In this document: positions 62,721-64,000 of the stretch, in pieces | How positions within the stretch are numbered: the first letter of the stretch is position 1 | Layout of the letters: every line of letters starts with the position of its first letter | Origin: an uncultured Alcanivoracaceae bacterium | Lineage (GTDB): Bacteria > Pseudomonadota > Gammaproteobacteria > Xanthomonadales > Marinicellaceae | Assembly (NCBI GenBank): GCA_964352735.1 | Contig: CAYGTC010000007.1 | Coordinates: 22,379-86,378 of the forward strand | DNA length: 64,000 nt | Direction: 5' to 3' | Made by a program: the position numbers and the translations under genes | The notes under the pieces: generated by a model | Databases searched by the model: none | The model's input: the letters and a program-made list of their open reading frames with translations, nothing else | What the model was told of the DNA's origin: nothing

Positions 62721-63407
62721 ATGATTAAGTTTAACAGAGTTTCAAAAAGTTACGGCAAAGACAACAAAGCTTTAAAAGACATAAGTTTTGAAGTTGAAGC
62801 CGGTGAAATGTTATTCTTAACAGGCCACTCTGGTGCTGGCAAAACCACCATTTTAAAATTGTTGATGTTGATGCAAAATGTCAGTTATGGACGAATCACA
62901 GTTAACCGACAAGACATCTCAACACTAAGCAGTAGAAAGATACCTGCCTATCGACGTAATATTGGCATGATATTTCAGGATCACCGACTGCTTGAAAATA
63001 AAACTGTATTGGATAACATTGCATTGTCCTTACAACTCAGGGGGTATTCTGATAACTACAGTTTTAAGAGTGCTCTTGCTGCCTTAGCTCAAGTCGGCAT
63101 CGCTGACAAAGCCCCATTTTATCCTCAAGAACTTTCAAGCGGCCAACAGCAAAGGGTCGGTATTGCCAGGGCGTTTGTTGCCAAGCCTGAGATCATACTT
63201 GCAGATGAACCAACAGGAAACCTTGATCCTGACTTGTCACTCGATTTGATGAAAATATTTGAAAAGTTAAACAAACAAGGCATGACCATTATCATTGCCT
63301 CGCATGACCTGTTTCTTATCAAAAGATTACAAAAAAGGGTTTTAGTGATGGATAAAGGTGAGCTCATTGACGACTTCAGTCCTCAAAATGACATGTATAG
63401 CCCATGA
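62721..63407 (+). CDS. ftsE: cell division ATP-binding protein FtsE
   Basis: 228 aa with Walker A GHSGAGKTT, ABC signature LSSGQQQR and Walker B ILADEPTGNLD. Confidence 0.95.
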   Translation: MIKFNRVSKSYGKDNKALKDISFEVEAGEMLFLTGHSGAGKTTILKLLMLMQNVSYGRITVNRQDISTLSSRKIPAYRRNIGMIFQDHRLLENKTVLDNIALSLQLRGYSDNYSFKSALAALAQVGIADKAPFYPQELSSGQQQRVGIARAFVAKPEIILADEPTGNLDPDLSLDLMKIFEKLNKQGMTIIIASHDLFLIKRLQKRVLVMDKGELIDDFSPQNDMYSP

Positions 63408-64000
63408 TCAAAAGTGCAAAAAAACCACACCTGATTTCACGATACATCAGAGGACATAAAAGGGCGTTTTATGAAGGAGTCGTTATGCCATGGAAGCATC
63501 CCGTAAAAACCATGGTTACCATTCTAACACTGGCAATTTGTTTTTATATTCCATTATTGTTGTGGACTTTATGGCTTAATTATGAGGAGTTGAAACAAAA
63601 CTGGCAAAGCCAAGGCAGTATTGCGGTATTCATTTCACCACAAACTGATGCTCAAAAAACCAAGGCTTTATTAGCAGAAATTGAAAATTTCACCATCGTT
63701 TCTTCAACAAAACTTCAAGACGCAGAAGTCATCAAATCACAGTTGGCAAATGATGAACAACTCTCACAAATCATCGATATTATAACGGCACAAGATTTAC
63801 CCAAACAAGTTTCACTCAACATCACTACAGAAGCCAGCCCTGAACAAATGCAAGAATTACTCAATGCATTGGATAACAATCCTCAAGTTGAATACATCAG
63901 TTATGACAGGGAGTGGCTCAGTCAAATTCAGGCCTTAACACACACGTTATTACAAATGGCACGCGTCAGTGCTGTGATTTTCATTCTGATTATTATGGTC
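63404..64000 (+). CDS. ftsX: cell division permease FtsX (partial, runs off the window end)
   Basis: ATG 63404 overlaps the ftsE TGA (ATGA). I translated it by hand as MIKSAKKPHLISRYIRGHKRAFYEGVVMPWKHPVKTMVTILTLAICFYIPLLLW...REWLSQIQALTHTLLQMARVSAVIFILIIMV, with no stop before 64000. It is absent from the ORF track because it is open-ended. Confidence 0.85.
   Translation, partial: MIKSAKKPHLISRYIRGHKRAFYEGVVMPWKHPVKTMVTILTLAICFYIPLLLWTLWLNYEELKQNWQSQGSIAVFISPQTDAQKTKALLAEIENFTIVSSTKLQDAEVIKSQLANDEQLSQIIDIITAQDLPKQVSLNITTEASPEQMQELLNALDNNPQVEYISYDREWLSQIQALTHTLLQMARVSAVIFILIIMV

Overview
Visibly AT-rich gammaproteobacterial chromosome segment, mostly core genes in conserved blocks. These are: surE-pcm-nlpD (minus strand); parC; clpS-clpA; infA, aat, trxB; metK-ahcY-metF; an almost complete dcw cluster (mraZ-rsmH-ftsL-ftsI-murE-murF-mraY-ftsW-murG-murC-ddl-ftsQ-ftsA-ftsZ-lpxC) that lacks murD; thrA; lolB-ispE-tRNA-Gln-prs-rplY-pth; ampG; zapE; ftsE-ftsX. 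Most dcw genes overlap by 4 nt (ATGA). No CRISPR array, transposase, integrase, phage or toxin-antitoxin genes were recognised. Three non-core insertions stand out. (1) 10.5-16.8 kb, between parC and iaaA, holds an esterase, two small secreted lamin-tail-domain (LTD) proteins and a 1174-aa secreted protein. The two LTD proteins are diverged except for an identical extreme C-terminal tail LPVEL(M/E)NFSVE. The 1174-aa protein has DUF2341, a PA14-like region and a gingipain/PorU-type C25 peptidase domain with an intact His/Cys dyad. I rank this as the best candidate for an undescribed sorting or processing system. (2) 0.9-5.2 kb is a three-gene operon sitting where rpoS normally follows nlpD. It encodes a Cache-sensor transmembrane Hanks-type Ser/Thr kinase, a secreted Ig-like repeat protein and a LysM/FecR protein. 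(3) 18.0-22.4 kb is an RND efflux pair. Other notable items: a 159-bp imperfect palindromic element with a half copy at 17.8 kb, an 8-mer x5 tandem repeat, a PagL-like lipid A deacylase pseudogene with two in-frame stops, a protein built of five 25-aa repeats coupled to an acyltransferase, a cNMP-binding/rhodanese protein with a CX5R loop, and a clear MraZ-box array. All functional calls come from motif recognition by eye. No database search was run.
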